From Verrucomicrobiota bacterium (GTDB lineage: Bacteria > Verrucomicrobiota > Verrucomicrobiia > Limisphaerales > J093): a stretch of DNA of 64,000 bases. Made by a program: the position numbers and the translations under genes. The notes beneath the pieces are model-generated. The model searched no databases, was not told the origin of the DNA, and was given only the letters and a program-made list of their open reading frames with translations. The DNA is taken from the NCBI GenBank assembly GCA_012517065.1, contig JAAYVR010000133.1:258-64257 (forward strand), read 5' to 3'. Position 1 is the first letter of the stretch. Each line of letters opens with the position of its first letter. Shown here piece after piece: positions 54,685-64,000 of this stretch.

Positions 54685-55839
54685 ATGAAACCTGTTGTTT
54701 TTTCTTTTCCGACAAGGATTTTCTTTGGCGCAGGTGCGTTGACTGCCCTTCCGGAAAACCTTGGCCTCATCAATGTCCGGAGACCGCTCATCGTCACAGA
54801 CCCCGGCATGCTGAACACCGACGCATACCGGTCGCTCCTTGATATTCTCGGCCAGAACAAAGACCGCTTCGTCTGGTCGGTTTACGCCGGTGTGCACCCG
54901 AACCCAACCGAGCAGGACCTCAGAGAATCCGCGCGCGCGTTCGTGGAGAACAATTGCGACGGTGTAATCGCGATTGGCGGTGGAAGTGCGCTCGACGTTG
55001 GCAAAGCCGCGCGCATCCTGGTCAAGCGGCCGGACTTGGACCTGACACGGTTCTACGATGAAACCGACTGGTCAGGTTTGGCTCCGTTCGTGGCGATTCC
55101 GACAACGGCCGGCACAGGCAGCGAAGTTGGACGTAGTTCGGTCATCACGCTGGCCAAAACCAATCGCAAGGCCGTCCTTTTCAACCCGGCGCTGCTTGCC
55201 AGTTTTGTCATTCTTGATCCCGAACTGACCCGGAGTTTGCCTCCGGCTCTCACGGCAGCGACTGGCGTCGATGCTCTTACACATTGCATCGAGGCGTTCA
55301 CATGCCCCGTTTTTCATCCGATTTGCGATGGCGTGGCGCTCGAAGGCATTCATCTGATCGTGGACGCACTGCCTCGCGTGTTCAAAAACGGCAAGGACAT
55401 TGACGCGCGCGGTCAAATGCTCGTGGCGGCTGCGATGGGTGCGATCGCATTCCAAAAAGACCTTGGCGTGGTGCATTCCCTCGCTCACCCGCTTTCAACG
55501 GTCGCCGGAATGCACCATGGGCTGGCCAATGCACTCTGTTTGGTTCCCGCAATGAAATTCTGCGCCAGCCGAAAACCCGGCATTTACAGGCGCGTTGGAA
55601 TCGCCTGCGGATTGGACCTCAACGCCGTCCCGGACGTTGAAGCGGACGGACGAACAATCGAGTTCATTTCCCGTTTTCTGGTCGGACTTGGCTTGGCTGG
55701 ACGTTTGCGCGCTTACGGAGTCAAGCCTGAGCAGATAGACGAGCTGGTTGCACAGGCGTGGGACGATCCATGCCACAAGACAAATGTCGTTCCTGTCACC
55801 GCTGAGGATCTGCGCTCGCTTTATCTCGAGGTAATGTAG
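54685..55839 (+). CDS. Iron-containing (group III) alcohol dehydrogenase
   Basis: It starts at the ATG at 54685 (MKPVVFSFPTRIFFGAGA...). It has GGGSALDVGKA, PTTAGTGSE and the metal-binding His cluster region (HSLAHPLS, HGLANAL). Confidence 0.9.
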   Translation: MKPVVFSFPTRIFFGAGALTALPENLGLINVRRPLIVTDPGMLNTDAYRSLLDILGQNKDRFVWSVYAGVHPNPTEQDLRESARAFVENNCDGVIAIGGGSALDVGKAARILVKRPDLDLTRFYDETDWSGLAPFVAIPTTAGTGSEVGRSSVITLAKTNRKAVLFNPALLASFVILDPELTRSLPPALTAATGVDALTHCIEAFTCPVFHPICDGVALEGIHLIVDALPRVFKNGKDIDARGQMLVAAAMGAIAFQKDLGVVHSLAHPLSTVAGMHHGLANALCLVPAMKFCASRKPGIYRRVGIACGLDLNAVPDVEADGRTIEFISRFLVGLGLAGRLRAYGVKPEQIDELVAQAWDDPCHKTNVVPVTAEDLRSLYLEVM

Positions 55840-55975
55840 CGCTCGTGTTGTTGGCAAGAGATCGGCGGGGAACGAAGTGGTCGCCGAGCGGCCACAAGCG
55901 GAGGGCGTGTTTCGTATGCCTGAACAAACTCCGAAGCAGGCGCCTGCCGAGGTCTGTCGGGGGAACCGCGCGCAT

Positions 55976-56512
55976 GCCGATATGGGGACAGACACGTTGT
56001 TTGTAAATCCCCAGCCGGTCAATGTCCGGGCGCCGGATTGGGATGATCGAAACTGGTGTAAGATCGGGGCGTCGGATTGAAGCGGCCGAGGACGGCCGCG
56101 CTCCCGACCGCCGGTGTTTCGTTCAACGCGCCGGCAGGAGCGCGGCGATTCTTCGCCGCACCCAACCGGTGAATGTTCGGTTGTGCGATTCTGGGGATCG
56201 AAGCCTGTCGTACGATCGGTCATCGTGCTGATGCGGCCGGAATATGGGGACAGACACGTTGTTTGTGCATAAAGACAAAGCGGCAGCAAGCTGCCGCACT
56301 CCAAGCGCTTCGCGCCTAACAACGCCCACTGCATCCGCGGGAGCGCGTGATAAACCATCGGGATCAGCGCGCTGTTCCTTGCGGCGGAGTGGCAGGGCAT
56401 ATTTCGCAGCCCGGCGTGGCTGAGAGCCCGCATTATGGGGGCGCAGGAGCCGGGACAGTGCCTGTCAGGCGACTTTGGTTGCGGCTGCGCCGGGTTGGGA
56501 AATATGCGGGCT
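55976..56512. repeat. ~530-bp composite repeat, copy 2 (collinear with 46912-47442)
   Basis: See copy 1. The hairpin core GCGGCAGCAAGCTGCCGC is at 56280-56297. The repeat ends 2 nt before the stop codon of the 56515-57318 gene. The 312-aa track ORF at 55495..56433 is a read-through of this repeat. Confidence 0.88.
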
Positions 56513-56514
56513 GA

Positions 56515-57318
56515 CTAATTCGACGGGGTGCCGAAGAACCTGGACCGCAGGCTTTTCAGGTAACCGTCGCTGAGTGTATTGAGGGCGTGGCGGGCAAGGG
56601 TGAAGTTTTCGGCCAACTGTTCGAAAAGCGATTGGGTCCATGGCGGGGTGGCGCAGCGAGCAGCCAGAGCATAGAATCGCCGCCCTTCGCTTTCGTAATC
56701 GGCAATTGACCGTTCGCCGCGGGTGAAAGTGTGTGGGCGACTCACCCAAACCCCGGCATGATCGGGGTATATGCCCGTCAGGAAAAGTGCGATGTCGGCG
56801 ATCCGCTTGTAAATCCGCGGCCTGAATTCGGGCTCCACCAACTGACACAAACTGATCATGTCATCAAGGTTGATGTCGCAGATTCGGCGTTTGCGCCAGT
56901 GCCCGCGTTCTTTCCAGTAGAGGACGGCTGTGTTGGTTCGAACAAAAGAGCACAGCATCTCCGTGAGGTACTCGAGTGTGGCTGGTTCGGCGAGCAGCTC
57001 GACGACCTGCCGTGCATGGAAGATTGGGACCCGTTTTCCGGATTCTTCGATCTCGAGCACGAAATCGCGTTCTTCGAGGTCGGCGCGTACACGCCGCAGA
57101 AGGATGGAGAACATCAGGAATGGCGAAACTCGCACGAAAGCTTCTTCCTCGTTCATGAGCCTTTGTGCGAGCCGGGGATCATTGAGCATGGGCTCGAGAA
57201 AATCTTCCTTGCCCTTGAGGCTCTCGATGATCTTGCCATGATCGCTGCGGTTTGACACCAAGGTCTCGACAACGAATCTCAAGTCTGCATCGCTGAGTTT
57301 CATAACACACTTCATCAA
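56515..57318 (-). CDS. Hypothetical protein (about 262-267 aa depending on start), no domain recognised
   Basis: An uninterrupted ORF with non-repetitive, protein-like composition. Start candidates are TTG 57318, ATG 57315 and ATG 57303. Confidence 0.6.
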   Translation of the reverse strand: MMKCVMKLSDADLRFVVETLVSNRSDHGKIIESLKGKEDFLEPMLNDPRLAQRLMNEEEAFVRVSPFLMFSILLRRVRADLEERDFVLEIEESGKRVPIFHARQVVELLAEPATLEYLTEMLCSFVRTNTAVLYWKERGHWRKRRICDINLDDMISLCQLVEPEFRPRIYKRIADIALFLTGIYPDHAGVWVSRPHTFTRGERSIADYESEGRRFYALAARCATPPWTQSLFEQLAENFTLARHALNTLSDGYLKSLRSRFFGTPSN

Positions 57319-57734
57319 TGCAACAACTTTTGCGTCAATAATATAACAAAAGCCTGCATTGTATGCACGCAGAAGGGCTGGGAATCAGTTGTTAGCCGCC
57401 CGCAGTCGCGCGCCGCTCAGTCCGAGTACTTCATGAATTGAGCAACGCTTGGAATGAAAAACAGGACCTGGGTCTTGATTGTGCTGAGATTGTCGCCCCC
57501 CTGTTTGCGGTCTTGGCCAAGGCCTGAGTGTCAATGGACCACGCCGCTTTCGGCTTGTACTGCGTTGCGTTGCGGGGATGTTGAACCACGGAATACCCGA
57601 AACCCGCTAACGGGTTGCGGTGATGGAGAGCTCCTGTCGTGGGGCTGCACCCCACGGTGGTATGTGCCGTACAATTGGCACCTTGTTGACCGAGCGGGAC
57701 AACAACTTGTTGCCCATCGTGGAAATCTCACCGG

Positions 57735-58955
57735 TCAACTGCCCAAGAAGGCGGCGTGCACTGCCCTGGCGGCATCGTCGGCTTTTGCCAGTTCGATGAT
57801 CACAGAAATCTTGATCTCGCTGGTGGAAATCATGTCGATGTTTATGCCTTCGCGGGCGAGGGTGTCGAACATGCGAGCGGCGACGCCGGAATGACTGCGC
57901 ATGCCTACTCCAACGATGGAGAGCTTGGCGATGGCCTGGTTGGCCTGGACCTTCTTAATGCCGACCTCTTTTCTAATTCCATCGATGACCTTTTCGGCCT
58001 TTGGCAGGTCGGGCTTGTCAATTGTGAACGACAGATCGGTTGTTGGACTGGCGGCTCCGTGGCTGACGTTCTGGACGATCATATCGACATTGATCGCGGC
58101 CTCAGCCAAAGTCCGGAAAATGCGCGCAGCCACGCCGGGTCTGTCAGGCACGCCCACCAAAGTGATTTTGGCCTGGTTCTTGTCGAGCGATACACCTCGG
58201 ATGACGACGCTTTCCATGTCCTTTGTTTCCTCTTTCACGATTGTTCCTGGGTTGTTGTTCAAACTTGAGCGAACTTCAAAAACCACGCCGAACTTTTTGG
58301 CGAACTCGACGGACCGGAGTTGCATTACCTTGGCACCGCTTCCTGCCATCTCGAGCAGTTCGTCGTATGAAATCTCGTCGATTTTTCTGGCCGTGGGCAC
58401 AACACGCGGGTCGGCGGTAAACACGCCATCGACATCGGTGTAAATCTGGCACAGGTTCGCTTTCAATGCAGCCGCGAGCGCGATTGCGGTGAGATCCGAG
58501 CCGCCTCTTCCGAGTGTTGTGATCTGGCCCTCGGGTGTTTGGCCTTGGAAACCGGCGACTATTACAACCTTGCCCTGGTCAAGGAGTGCGTGCACTTGGC
58601 GAGGGGTGATGTTCTTGATTTTGGCCTTGGTATGGACACCGTCAGTGACGATGCCTGCCTGTGCGCCGGTCAGGGACATCGCGGGCACACCCAACGCTTC
58701 GAGCGCCATGGCCGTCAGGGCGATGGTGGTTTGCTCGCCAGTCGCCAACAACATGTCCATTTCGCGTTCGCTCGGCAGTGGGGTGATATCTTTGGCCATC
58801 TTGATCAACTTGTCGGTTACACCGGCCATCGCAGAAACAACCACTACAAGCCGATCGCCGCGGCGGTGATATTCGGCCACGCGCGCCGCAACGTTTTTGA
58901 TACGATCGGTATCGGCCACGGACGTGCCACCGTATTTCTGAACTATAAGCGCCAT
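57735..58955 (-). CDS. lysC: Aspartate kinase
   Basis: 406-aa ORF with MALIVQKYGGTSVADTDRIKNVA, VVVVSAMAGVTD and C-terminal tandem ACT domains. Confidence 0.95.
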   Translation of the reverse strand: MALIVQKYGGTSVADTDRIKNVAARVAEYHRRGDRLVVVVSAMAGVTDKLIKMAKDITPLPSEREMDMLLATGEQTTIALTAMALEALGVPAMSLTGAQAGIVTDGVHTKAKIKNITPRQVHALLDQGKVVIVAGFQGQTPEGQITTLGRGGSDLTAIALAAALKANLCQIYTDVDGVFTADPRVVPTARKIDEISYDELLEMAGSGAKVMQLRSVEFAKKFGVVFEVRSSLNNNPGTIVKEETKDMESVVIRGVSLDKNQAKITLVGVPDRPGVAARIFRTLAEAAINVDMIVQNVSHGAASPTTDLSFTIDKPDLPKAEKVIDGIRKEVGIKKVQANQAIAKLSIVGVGMRSHSGVAARMFDTLAREGINIDMISTSEIKISVIIELAKADDAARAVHAAFLGS

Positions 58956-59045
58956 TTTTTTGCTTTGGTTGACGACCGGCCCTTTGCAGCGACCGGTTAC
59001 GGGCTCGCAGAGTACCAGCCGTGCGCCTTTCGGGCGAGCACCAAT

Positions 59046-60413
59046 TCAAACGTGCGGTCCGAAGGTGTCCAGTAGGTATTCACGAAAGACGTTTTGATCG
59101 GAAGGCAACCTGTCGAACTGTTCCGGCAGGTTCTCCACCGCGCGCAGACACGGTGGCGGGTCCGGGGAAAAACCAAGGCATCGCTGAATTTCTTCGGGGA
59201 ACTTTGCCGGATGAGCTGTCTCGAGGACGACTACAGGCGATCTGTCAGGCGGCTCGATTGACAGGTACTCCTCAAACCCGCGCCATGCAACCGCGCCGTG
59301 CGGTTCAAGCAACAGTCGGTGCTGTGTCCATGTGAACTTGATGGTTTCGCGCGTTTGCTCGTCTGAAACGGAGGTGGAAAAGATGTCCTTCCGCATGGCA
59401 TCGAAATCTGGTTTGCTGCCGAGCACGCCGGTCTCGTCCATGCGCCCGCCGTAAAGCGCCACAAGTCTTGCAAGGTTGCTTGGGTGACCGACGTTCATTG
59501 CGTTCGACAGACAGTGACGCGAAGGTTCAATCTTCTCATAAGTGCCGGTCTTCAACATGCGGGGGAATTCGTCATTGGCGTTCACGGCCACAACCAGCCT
59601 CTTGATTGGAAGCCCCATTCGCCAGCCCAACACGGCTCCCATCATGTTGCCGAAGTTTCCGCTGGGCACGGAAAAAACCAGAGATGCACCGGGTTCGGCC
59701 ACTCGAGACGCGGCGTAGTAATAGTAAACAATCTGCGGCAGTAATCTCCCAATGTTGATCGAGTTGGCAGACGTGAGCGAAAGATGACCGAGTGAAGGAT
59801 CGGCAAAGGCGCGTTTCACCATGGCCTGGCAATCGTCGAACTTGCCTGCCACCGCGACTGTGCGGATGTTGCCACCGAGGGTTGTCATTTGTTTGCGCTG
59901 GAGCCTGCTGACCTCGTGTTCGGGGAAAAGGACCACAACGCGAATGCCGGGCACGCCGGCAAAAGCGCTGGCAACGGCCGATCCGGTGTCGCCGCTGGTG
60001 GCGGTCAGGATTGTTAATGGCCTGTTCTCCTGCACTACGAACAAGCCAAGCATCCGTGCCATCAAACGCGCTGCGAAATCTTTGAACGACGCAGTGGGGC
60101 CGCGGTCGAGCCGCATGACCCAGGTGTGTTGCCCGACATGTTCCAGAGGCACATCAAACTGGTAAGCGTCCTTGCACAGTGCCGACAGTTTGGTTTCGTC
60201 CACGACCCCGGTTGTGTAATGGCGCAGGACTGTCAGCGCAATCTCGTGGTAGGGCAGGTTTGCCATCGCAGCGATTTCTTCGCGCGGAAGCCGTGGAATC
60301 TCAACCGGCATGTAAAGCCCGCGATCAGGCGCCTGTCCACGCAGCAACGCCTCGCGCAGGTTTGCCAACGGTGCCTGCCCGTTTGTGCTGTAGAACAACG
60401 TTTGTGAAACCAT
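59046..60413 (-). CDS. thrC: Threonine synthase
   Basis: 455-aa ORF. FYSTNGQAP..LREALLRGQAPDRGLYMP is the N-terminus of the long-form ThrC. The PLP-binding Lys is in the GPTASFKDFA motif, and SGNFGN is present. Confidence 0.93.
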   Translation of the reverse strand: MVSQTLFYSTNGQAPLANLREALLRGQAPDRGLYMPVEIPRLPREEIAAMANLPYHEIALTVLRHYTTGVVDETKLSALCKDAYQFDVPLEHVGQHTWVMRLDRGPTASFKDFAARLMARMLGLFVVQENRPLTILTATSGDTGSAVASAFAGVPGIRVVVLFPEHEVSRLQRKQMTTLGGNIRTVAVAGKFDDCQAMVKRAFADPSLGHLSLTSANSINIGRLLPQIVYYYYAASRVAEPGASLVFSVPSGNFGNMMGAVLGWRMGLPIKRLVVAVNANDEFPRMLKTGTYEKIEPSRHCLSNAMNVGHPSNLARLVALYGGRMDETGVLGSKPDFDAMRKDIFSTSVSDEQTRETIKFTWTQHRLLLEPHGAVAWRGFEEYLSIEPPDRSPVVVLETAHPAKFPEEIQRCLGFSPDPPPCLRAVENLPEQFDRLPSDQNVFREYLLDTFGPHV

Positions 60414-60459
60414 GGCGATTCTCTCGACAAAACTGTTTGGGTGCGGGCGCGGCGCTGAG

Positions 60460-61794
60460 TCAATCGAGGTTTTCGACTCGGATCATGACGGGGTTTGCTT
60501 TTACCACCGGCAAACGCGCAACACGCCGCAACGCGTCGGCCATTGCCTTGTTTGGCGCTTCGTGAATCATCAGGATCAGCGGGACATTGTCGCCCTCGCG
60601 CCCCTCGGGTTGGATTACCGAAGATATGCTTATATTGGCCTTGCCGAGCACGGCGGCTATTGCGGCCAAAACACCTGGGCGGTCAACAACTTTCAATCGG
60701 ATATAGTATCGCGACACAGCCTCGTTGATTGACAGTAGCCTGCCGTGTTTGTCGTGCGGCACAAATGGCGGAACCCTCTGGCGTGTGTTGTGCTTCAAAT
60801 CCAGGGCCGCGTCGGCCAGATCGCTCAGCACCGCACTTGCGGTCGGGTCCTGCCCCGCGCCCCGGCCGTAGAACAACGTATCGCCAACGACATCACCCCG
60901 GACAAACACAGCGTTGAAGGAATGGTTGACGCTGGCCAAAACATGGCTGTTCGGGATCAAGGCCGGATAGACCGCCACAAGCAAACCTTCGTTCTTGGCC
61001 GGGGATTTTCCAGGCGCAGTTTGGGGCTGAATTTTCTTGGCCACTCCCAGCAACTTGATTGTGTAACCGAGTTGGCTGGCAAACTCGACGTCGAGCTTCG
61101 ACAGGCGGCGGATGCCTTCGACGTGAATCCTCCGGGGGTCCACCCAGAACCCATGTGCCAGAGAAGCAAGTATGCCGATCTTGTGCAGCGAATCGTGCCC
61201 GTCAATGTCAAGAGACGGGTCTGCCTCGGCATACCCAGCCTTTTGCGCCTCGCTTAGCGCAACTTCGAAATCCACCTTCTCGAGCTTCATCCGGGTGAGG
61301 ATGTAGTTACAGGTGCCGTTGACTATTCCGTAGATGCGTTCGATTCGATTGCCGACGAACCCTTCCCGCAAAGCTTTGATTATCGGTATTCCACCGCCAA
61401 CACTCGCCTCGTAGTACAGGTTCACGCCGCGACGCCGAGCTTCGCCAAACAGTTCCTCCCCGTGCGCCGACAATAGAGCCTTGTTTGCCGTGACAACCGG
61501 TTTGCCCAAACGAAGCGCACACAGCACCATTTCACGCGCCGTAGTGGTGCCCCCGGCAAGCTCGAGCACAAGGTCAACCTCGGGGTCTTCAACAACCTCG
61601 CGCCAGTCCAGCGTCAGCAATGAGTGCGGAATCGCAACCTTGCGGGGTTCGTCGAATGCTTTGACAGCTATTCTTTTGATTGCAAGGCGGATTCCAACCC
61701 GCGCGGCGAGCAGATCGCCATTGCGCCGGAGCGCCTTGTAAACACCGCCGCCGACGGTGCCACCGCCTATCATTCCTATTCGAATCTGCTGCAT
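60460..61794 (-). CDS. hom: Homoserine dehydrogenase (with C-terminal ACT domain)
   Basis: I prefer the ATG at 61794 (MQQIRIGMIGGGTVGGGV...); the track start is 61833. It has VVTANKALL, GGGIPII and GIVNGTCNYIL motifs. Confidence 0.92.
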   Translation of the reverse strand: MQQIRIGMIGGGTVGGGVYKALRRNGDLLAARVGIRLAIKRIAVKAFDEPRKVAIPHSLLTLDWREVVEDPEVDLVLELAGGTTTAREMVLCALRLGKPVVTANKALLSAHGEELFGEARRRGVNLYYEASVGGGIPIIKALREGFVGNRIERIYGIVNGTCNYILTRMKLEKVDFEVALSEAQKAGYAEADPSLDIDGHDSLHKIGILASLAHGFWVDPRRIHVEGIRRLSKLDVEFASQLGYTIKLLGVAKKIQPQTAPGKSPAKNEGLLVAVYPALIPNSHVLASVNHSFNAVFVRGDVVGDTLFYGRGAGQDPTASAVLSDLADAALDLKHNTRQRVPPFVPHDKHGRLLSINEAVSRYYIRLKVVDRPGVLAAIAAVLGKANISISSVIQPEGREGDNVPLILMIHEAPNKAMADALRRVARLPVVKANPVMIRVENLD

Positions 61795-62170
61795 CACGCC
61801 CGTGAGATTGGCTGGGCCGGGAAGAAACCTCAATCCATTTCAACAGTGCAACCGCACGCGAGCAGCTCCCTTGAGAACAACCCCACCGGTACCACGAAAT
61901 GCCCGGCACCCAATCCCACTACTCACTCGCGTGCGGTTGCGAAATAGTCGATGGCCGATTATGCAACACTGACGGTCGCCGTCCAGTCACAAAAAAACAA
62001 ACATCGCAAACACACCAAAGCGCACGAGTTTTAGCGCGTTAAAAGCTTAATTGTCAATAACATTTTTAAGTTGTTCACAAGTTTTTCACAAATCTCACTG
62101 CGTATTTCGTGATTCAATCCCCCAGCCGCGCGATCGCCCCCATAGCCATGTCGAAACCTGTGGCGAAGAA

Positions 62171-62210
62171 TTGATCCGTGATGCCTCATCCTTGATGCGT
62201 GATGTATATT
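62171..62210 (+). promoter_or_regulatory. 13-bp direct repeat pair (21-bp period) abutting a -10-like TATATT; candidate operator/promoter for the downstream hydrolase gene
   Basis: TTGATCCGTGATG (62171-62183) and TTGATGCGTGATG (62192-62204) differ at one position. TATATT (62205-62210) follows immediately. The pair lies in an AT-rich divergent intergenic region ~110 nt upstream of the ATG at 62317. Confidence 0.35.
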
Positions 62211-62316
62211 GTGCCAGGCTCAAAGTGTGAGTGCTGCGAAAAAACAACAAGAGATACCTGAGCGCTTGGCCGGAACCTCGCGTGTTTGTTCGGCCGCGGA
62301 AAAACAACTGACTTCC

Positions 62317-64000
62317 ATGAAATTGAAACGAGCTGTTCCTCCTGGAATCCTGTTAACTGTTGGGCTTCTCGTCATTGGCGAGTCCGCCGCGGAACCTGAA
62401 GGCCGATTGCAATTGGCAGTTCCTCAGTCGAAGCCGGAGGTGTTCGAACGAGTGGAGTTGTCAGTCAGTGGAATGCCTCAAGCCGGGAACCCGTTTGACG
62501 CAGAGTCCGTGGCGCTGGATATCGAGGTTGTTTCACCGTCCGGCAAGTCGGTTCGGGTGCCGGGGTTTTTCACGAGAGATTTTGCACGGAAACTCGAAGG
62601 AAGCCGCGAAGTTCTTACCCCCAAAGGCGATGGTCAATGGCGAGTCCGGTGGCTGCCGGTCGAGCCCGGTTTGCACAAGTTGACGGCTGTCGCGAAGAGC
62701 AACGGGCAATTGGCGGGACGCGCGGAGGCGGCGATTGATGTTGTTCCGAGCAAGCGCCACGGAATTGCGCGTGTTGAGTCAACAAGCAGACGGTATTTCA
62801 GGCTGGACGATGGGACGCCCCTATTCCTAAACGGCCTTTGCGCCTGCTGGCACGGAAGCCGCGGCACCTACGATTACGATGACTGGCTCGCGGCCTACCA
62901 AAAAGCAGGCATCAATTACATCCGCCTTTGGATGTGGCCCATCGCGTTCGGCATCGAGTGGGATAAACAGGACAAACTTCGGTACAAAATGGACAGCGCA
63001 TGGCAGCTTGATTACGTGATGACCGAGGCCGAGCGACGAGGCGTATTTGTGATGCTTTGTCTCGATTACCACGGGATCTTCGAGGTGAAACCGGATTACT
63101 GGGGCGGTAACAATTATTGGCCTCGCCACCCCTACAACGCCACAAACGGCGGGCCTTGCAAGACCCAGAACGATTTCTTCACCAGCGAGGACGCAAAACG
63201 GCTCTACGCAAACCGTCTTCGCTACATTGTTGCTCGGTGGTCGGCATTCCCAAACCTCCTCGCATGGGAGTTTTTCAACGAGATTGACAATGAATATGCC
63301 TACCTGAAACACGACGACGTGGTCGCATGGCACGGTGAAATGGGCAGGCGACTCAGAGAAATGGACCCCGTCGATCACATGATATCTTCAAGTTTCACCG
63401 GCGGAAGCGAGCGCCCCGACCTTTTTGCGCTCAACGAAATGGACTTTTCGCAGTACCACTCTTACAACGAAAAGCATCCGGCGCGCATGGTCGCCGAGAA
63501 AACCGCCCGCTTTTTCAGAAAATACAACAAACCATTTTTTGTGAGCGAGTACGGAACCGACTGGCGCGGCTGGAAGCCTGACACCGACCCTCATTTCAGG
63601 GCGTTGCACCAGGCAATATGGAGCGGCGCTTTTGCCGGCGCGGCCGGTACTGGCATGACGTGGTGGTGGGAGAGTATCCATGGCGCAAACCTCTACCACC
63701 ATTGGTCGGCCCTGAGCGAATTCCTCAAAGGCACCGGTGTGGGACGGCCTGATATGCACTCAGCCGAGTTCAGAAATGATCAAGGCTCCGTTCTTGCCTT
63801 TGGAGTGGCAGCCCACGACGAAGTGCTGGTGTGGTTGCTGGACAAAGCTTGCGACTGGCCCGATGGCGCGATGGTGGCCGACCCGGCGCCAGTTGCAGGT
63901 GCGAAAATCACGATCGTTGGCGTGGACGACGGCGCATGGTCTGCGGAATGGTTTGACACCGGAACAGGAAAGCGGCTCGCAACCCACGATCTTGAGGCGA
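62317..64000 (+). CDS. Secreted DUF5060 + GH5-like (cellulase-superfamily TIM barrel) glycoside hydrolase; C-terminus beyond the window end
   Basis: Edge-truncated, so absent from the ORF track. My own translation from the ATG at 62317 gives MKLKRAVPPGILLTVGLLVIGESAA...FERVELSVSGMPQAGNPFD...VRVPGFF (DUF5060-like Ig domain). The TIM-barrel landmarks follow: INYIRLWMW, LLAWEFFNEIDNE (acid/base Glu) and KPFFVSEYG (nucleophile Glu). The frame stays open to position 64000. Confidence 0.82.
   Translation, partial: MKLKRAVPPGILLTVGLLVIGESAAEPEGRLQLAVPQSKPEVFERVELSVSGMPQAGNPFDAESVALDIEVVSPSGKSVRVPGFFTRDFARKLEGSREVLTPKGDGQWRVRWLPVEPGLHKLTAVAKSNGQLAGRAEAAIDVVPSKRHGIARVESTSRRYFRLDDGTPLFLNGLCACWHGSRGTYDYDDWLAAYQKAGINYIRLWMWPIAFGIEWDKQDKLRYKMDSAWQLDYVMTEAERRGVFVMLCLDYHGIFEVKPDYWGGNNYWPRHPYNATNGGPCKTQNDFFTSEDAKRLYANRLRYIVARWSAFPNLLAWEFFNEIDNEYAYLKHDDVVAWHGEMGRRLREMDPVDHMISSSFTGGSERPDLFALNEMDFSQYHSYNEKHPARMVAEKTARFFRKYNKPFFVSEYGTDWRGWKPDTDPHFRALHQAIWSGAFAGAAGTGMTWWWESIHGANLYHHWSALSEFLKGTGVGRPDMHSAEFRNDQGSVLAFGVAAHDEVLVWLLDKACDWPDGAMVADPAPVAGAKITIVGVDDGAWSAEWFDTGTGKRLATHDLEA

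Noticed and set aside
55495-56433. ORFs spanning the repeat islands. Examples: 312 aa at 55495-56433, 141 aa at 2721-3146, 150 aa at 2983-3435, 164 aa at 46769-47263, 176 aa at 47197-47727, 174 aa at 23681-24205, 147 aa at 24406-24849.
   Set aside because: They are translations of the dispersed repeat modules. The same peptides (for example AKRLECGSLLPLC / AAASCRTPNASR) recur in several frames and orientations wherever the hairpin GCGGCAGCAAGCTGCCGC occurs, and the copies differ by frameshifts. I do not consider them genes. The possible decayed W-module peptide is reported separately as a low-interest finding.
58956-59045. Lysine riboswitch or attenuator upstream of lysC.
   Set aside because: The thrC-lysC gap is only 90 nt and lacks the conserved L-box features. 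lysC is most simply read as the third gene of the hom-thrC-lysC transcript.

Overview
This is a 64-kb, moderately high-GC chromosomal segment. Its gene content (TAT-signal Gfo/Idh/MocA oxidoreductases, secreted HEAT-repeat proteins, a sulfatase, very large glycoside hydrolases) suggests a PVC-group bacterium, Verrucomicrobiota/Planctomycetota-like; this is inference only. I call 41 protein-coding genes. Two are cut by the window edges and so are missing from the ORF track: tgt at 1-379 and a DUF5060/GH5-like hydrolase at 62317-64000. Housekeeping genes are tgt, rpsB-tsf, rpsU, cca and hom-thrC-lysC. Accessory highlights: (i) a tightly packed three-gene cassette, dynamin-like GTPase -> NurA-like nuclease -> HerA/FtsK-like ATPase (47895-52660), bounded by repeat elements; it is a candidate uncharacterised DNA-processing or defence module. 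(ii) A phcB-phcS-phcR-like methyltransferase/kinase/regulator cassette (16617-22098) that includes an HK-REC-HK double kinase. (iii) An orphan 717-aa protein bracketed by inverted copies of a 65-bp hairpin element. (iv) A duplicated oxidoreductase+HEAT-repeat gene pair. (v) Several unusual domain fusions. I found no rRNA, tRNA, CRISPR array, transposase or integrase. Nearly every longer intergenic gap is filled by modular dispersed repeats (hairpin or MITE-like), and these produce many spurious ORFs in the track. The ORF track prints M for GTG/TTG starts, so I re-evaluated several starts by eye. No computation or database search was possible: family assignments rest on motif recognition and coordinates of repeats are hand-aligned.
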